DNA from: Coniocarpon cinnabarinum
Lineage: Eukaryota
Length of the DNA stretch: 48,167 nt
Assembly: GCA_051942205.1 (NCBI GenBank)
Contig: JAVECO010000069.1
Location: 62,001-110,167, forward strand
Direction of reading: 5' to 3'
The position numbers and the translations under genes are program-made. Every line of letters begins with the position of its first letter. Position 1 is the stretch's first letter. This document shows positions 46,025 to 48,167 of the stretch, one piece after another. Below the pieces are notes generated by a model. That model saw nothing but the letters and a program-made list of their open reading frames with translations. It was not told the origin of the DNA and did no database searches.

Positions 46025-47468
46025 TCATGTTTGGCTTTCGTCCTGTGCAGCTTCTTCGTCCTGGACCTTGTTGATATTCTCATCGGGATTGCTTGCCTGA
46101 GCAGCTTTGATCGCGTCTGCGGCAGCTTGCGAGGTCTGCTGATGTTCTGCTTGATCCTTTTCACGAGCCAACCGCTCTTTGGTTTCAGGCAATCTGGCGT
46201 ACCATTCATCCCAGTTGGGCTCCTCATCCGGTGGAACGCCTTCAAATGCAGATGCACACTTGGTATCTTGCCATCCTTGAGATTCGAGAATGTGCAGATC
46301 CGTATTGCGATCGCAAACAATTGCATGCGAGAAATGGGTATTCCGGCAAAACTCAGCGTCTGGGCAAAACTCAGCTGGCTTTCCAAAGAAGATGTGCCAG
46401 AACTTCTCCAGAATGTTACCGGCCACCCACGGGTTGAGATGAGACTGCTCGGGTCCTTCTACCATGTCCGGGTAATCTTCAGGGTCACGAAGTAATGGGG
46501 CGCGGATGCGCACCCAATCCTCAAGTGACAATAACCGAATGGCATCATCCGTCACGGCGTGCTGGGCACAGCACTTGAAGCTGACGTATCGAGGCAATGG
46601 CTGATTGGGCATGATTAGATCCCAAAACCGTCGAGTGTGAAGCTCGCCATCCCAGTTCATGTTCTCATAAACTTGAGTGTCAAGGTAAGGGAACGGCTTG
46701 CAGCCCAGCTCATCGCCACAACGCAGGTTGATGTAATTTTCTTGGTCCAGAGCAGTCATGTTCAAGCCTCGAATTTTCCAGGGTAGAGGCTCGACCTGGT
46801 GCCATGAGTTATAATGACCATGCGTAAAAAGTGTGTATCGTGGCAACTTGTGGTAGTTGTCAATAATGTAAGTCAAGTAAGCCATAGCTTCGCGTCCGTA
46901 GTTACGTGGCACTGCCAGGCCAACGGCAGGATCGGGGTTCGGATCATCGAGCATGTATCGGTAAGGTACCCAGCTGCAAAGGAAAGTCAGCAATCGAAGA
47001 TATTCACGAACAGACTTGGGTGACCACATACTCAGAAGGAGTATCATTCAGCCACGAAATGTCTTGCTCTTTGAAAGACGCAATGACGAGAGCCTTCTGG
47101 ACATCACCATGCGGTGCTGCTGGCGGGCTCGTGGGGTGTGGTTTCTTGTTGCTGGACGTGATGACCGGTTTTCTACTCGAGGCGTCGTATGGCTCATCAG
47201 CCTCGAGGACACCGGTGCCCTTCCTCAAATAATGTGGTGTTTTCCCCGACAAAAACCCCAGCGCGAAGATGAGGATGAATAGGAGTGTCAAGATGGGTGT
47301 CGAGAGGAAGCGTGATTTTCGTGGTTGATGGCCTGGATCTTCGAGATTAAAGGACTCTGGCGCCGGTAAGATAGGGCTGTGACCTTCATTGACTTTGGAG
47401 TAGCGGATGCGAGATGCTGGGGAGACGGCGCGTAGGAAAGGTACTCGAACTGGTAATAGGCGTGGCAT
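46025..47468 (-). CDS. DUF3431-family type II membrane protein; intron 46974-47031
   Basis: A single TM helix, then ALVIASFKEQDISWL, PRNYGREAMAYLTYIIDNY..LP...F.HGH..SWH, YINLRC, CCAQHAV and LEKFWHIFFG. Confidence 0.85.
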
Positions 47469-48167
47469 GGTGGTCGAGAATGTGGATAAAGGAGACGAGG
47501 ACCAAATAGGCTTCCTCAACCGCGTGAGTGAGAAGCCTCAACGACAGCGGTCAAAGCGTCCCCCGCCAAATTCGACCTTTGATCTGATAGCAAGGCGCTG
47601 TTCAGAGAGACATGACTCCGTGCTGTGGCTGAGTTGTCTTTGAATGAACACTGTTCTTGTTGTCGCGAGGGCGATTAGGAAATTACGATTAAGCGTGCTG
47701 TTTGTTGGACAGGCAAGGGTTGCCGAGATGAACGCGCGGCCAAGGTTGCGACCTGGCGATGTACAGGTGGTTGTCGAGGGGATGCGGTCGAAGTGAAGAA
47801 ATTGGTGGGGAGCCCGTCACCGCTCAGACGGGGGGCGAAAGAGTTGCGTCAATTATTAGACCGTGGTCGAAGGCGATTGAAGTGGCGGCGCGACAGCTGG
47901 AAGAGACCCAACGGAAACGACAGTCGAAGGAAGCAGAGTCCTGAGGTGCAGACAAAGGCTGGAGTCCGGAGGGGGGTGATGGGAGTGTGTGTGGATGATG
48001 CAAAGAGAGGTGGGCGCGAGGAAGAGACAGGAGGCGCTGGCGAGAGAATTGCGGAGGTGAGGAGAGGTCCGTGGAGGCGATGGGACAGCAGCGAGGTGCC
48101 GCCGCGACGATAAGCACGCTAGAGAGGCACGATGGACTCTCCTGAGGCGTGGAAATGGGGGAGGGGG

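Noticed and set aside
1..48167. CRISPR arrays, tRNA or rRNA genes, intact transposons, TPP riboswitch
   Set aside because: No repeat-spacer arrays, cloverleafs, rRNA motifs, LTR or TIR pairs, transposase or RT ORFs, or TPP aptamer motifs were seen by eye.

Overview
Gene-dense eukaryotic DNA from a filamentous ascomycete (Pezizomycotina, probably Dothideomycete-like; this is an inference from protein style and short GT-AG introns with CTRAC branch points). I can model 18 protein-coding genes by hand: BST1, IRC3, a stand-alone copia-protease-like gene, CTF18, RRN5, a cytochrome P450, TOK1, a GST, a Zn2Cys6 transcription factor, ETF-alpha, a CMD/AhpD-like gene, PMS1, SWI3/RSC8, TMS1/SERINC, an MCH1-like MFS transporter, an FAD-linked oxidoreductase, PTEN/TEP1 and a DUF3431 protein. 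No rRNA, tRNA, CRISPR array or intact transposon is evident. The most striking unexplained signal is the 2.2 kb gap between two convergent genes (38810-40982). It has no credible protein, but it contains a long series of nested long-range complementary segments whose G-U pairs work only on the + strand, which suggests an unannotated structured non-coding RNA of about 1.3-1.5 kb. Other oddities are a probably domesticated retrotransposon protease domain lacking its catalytic Asp, an altered PMS1 endonuclease motif, and frequent AAG splice acceptors. All gene models and base pairings were read by eye, not computed.
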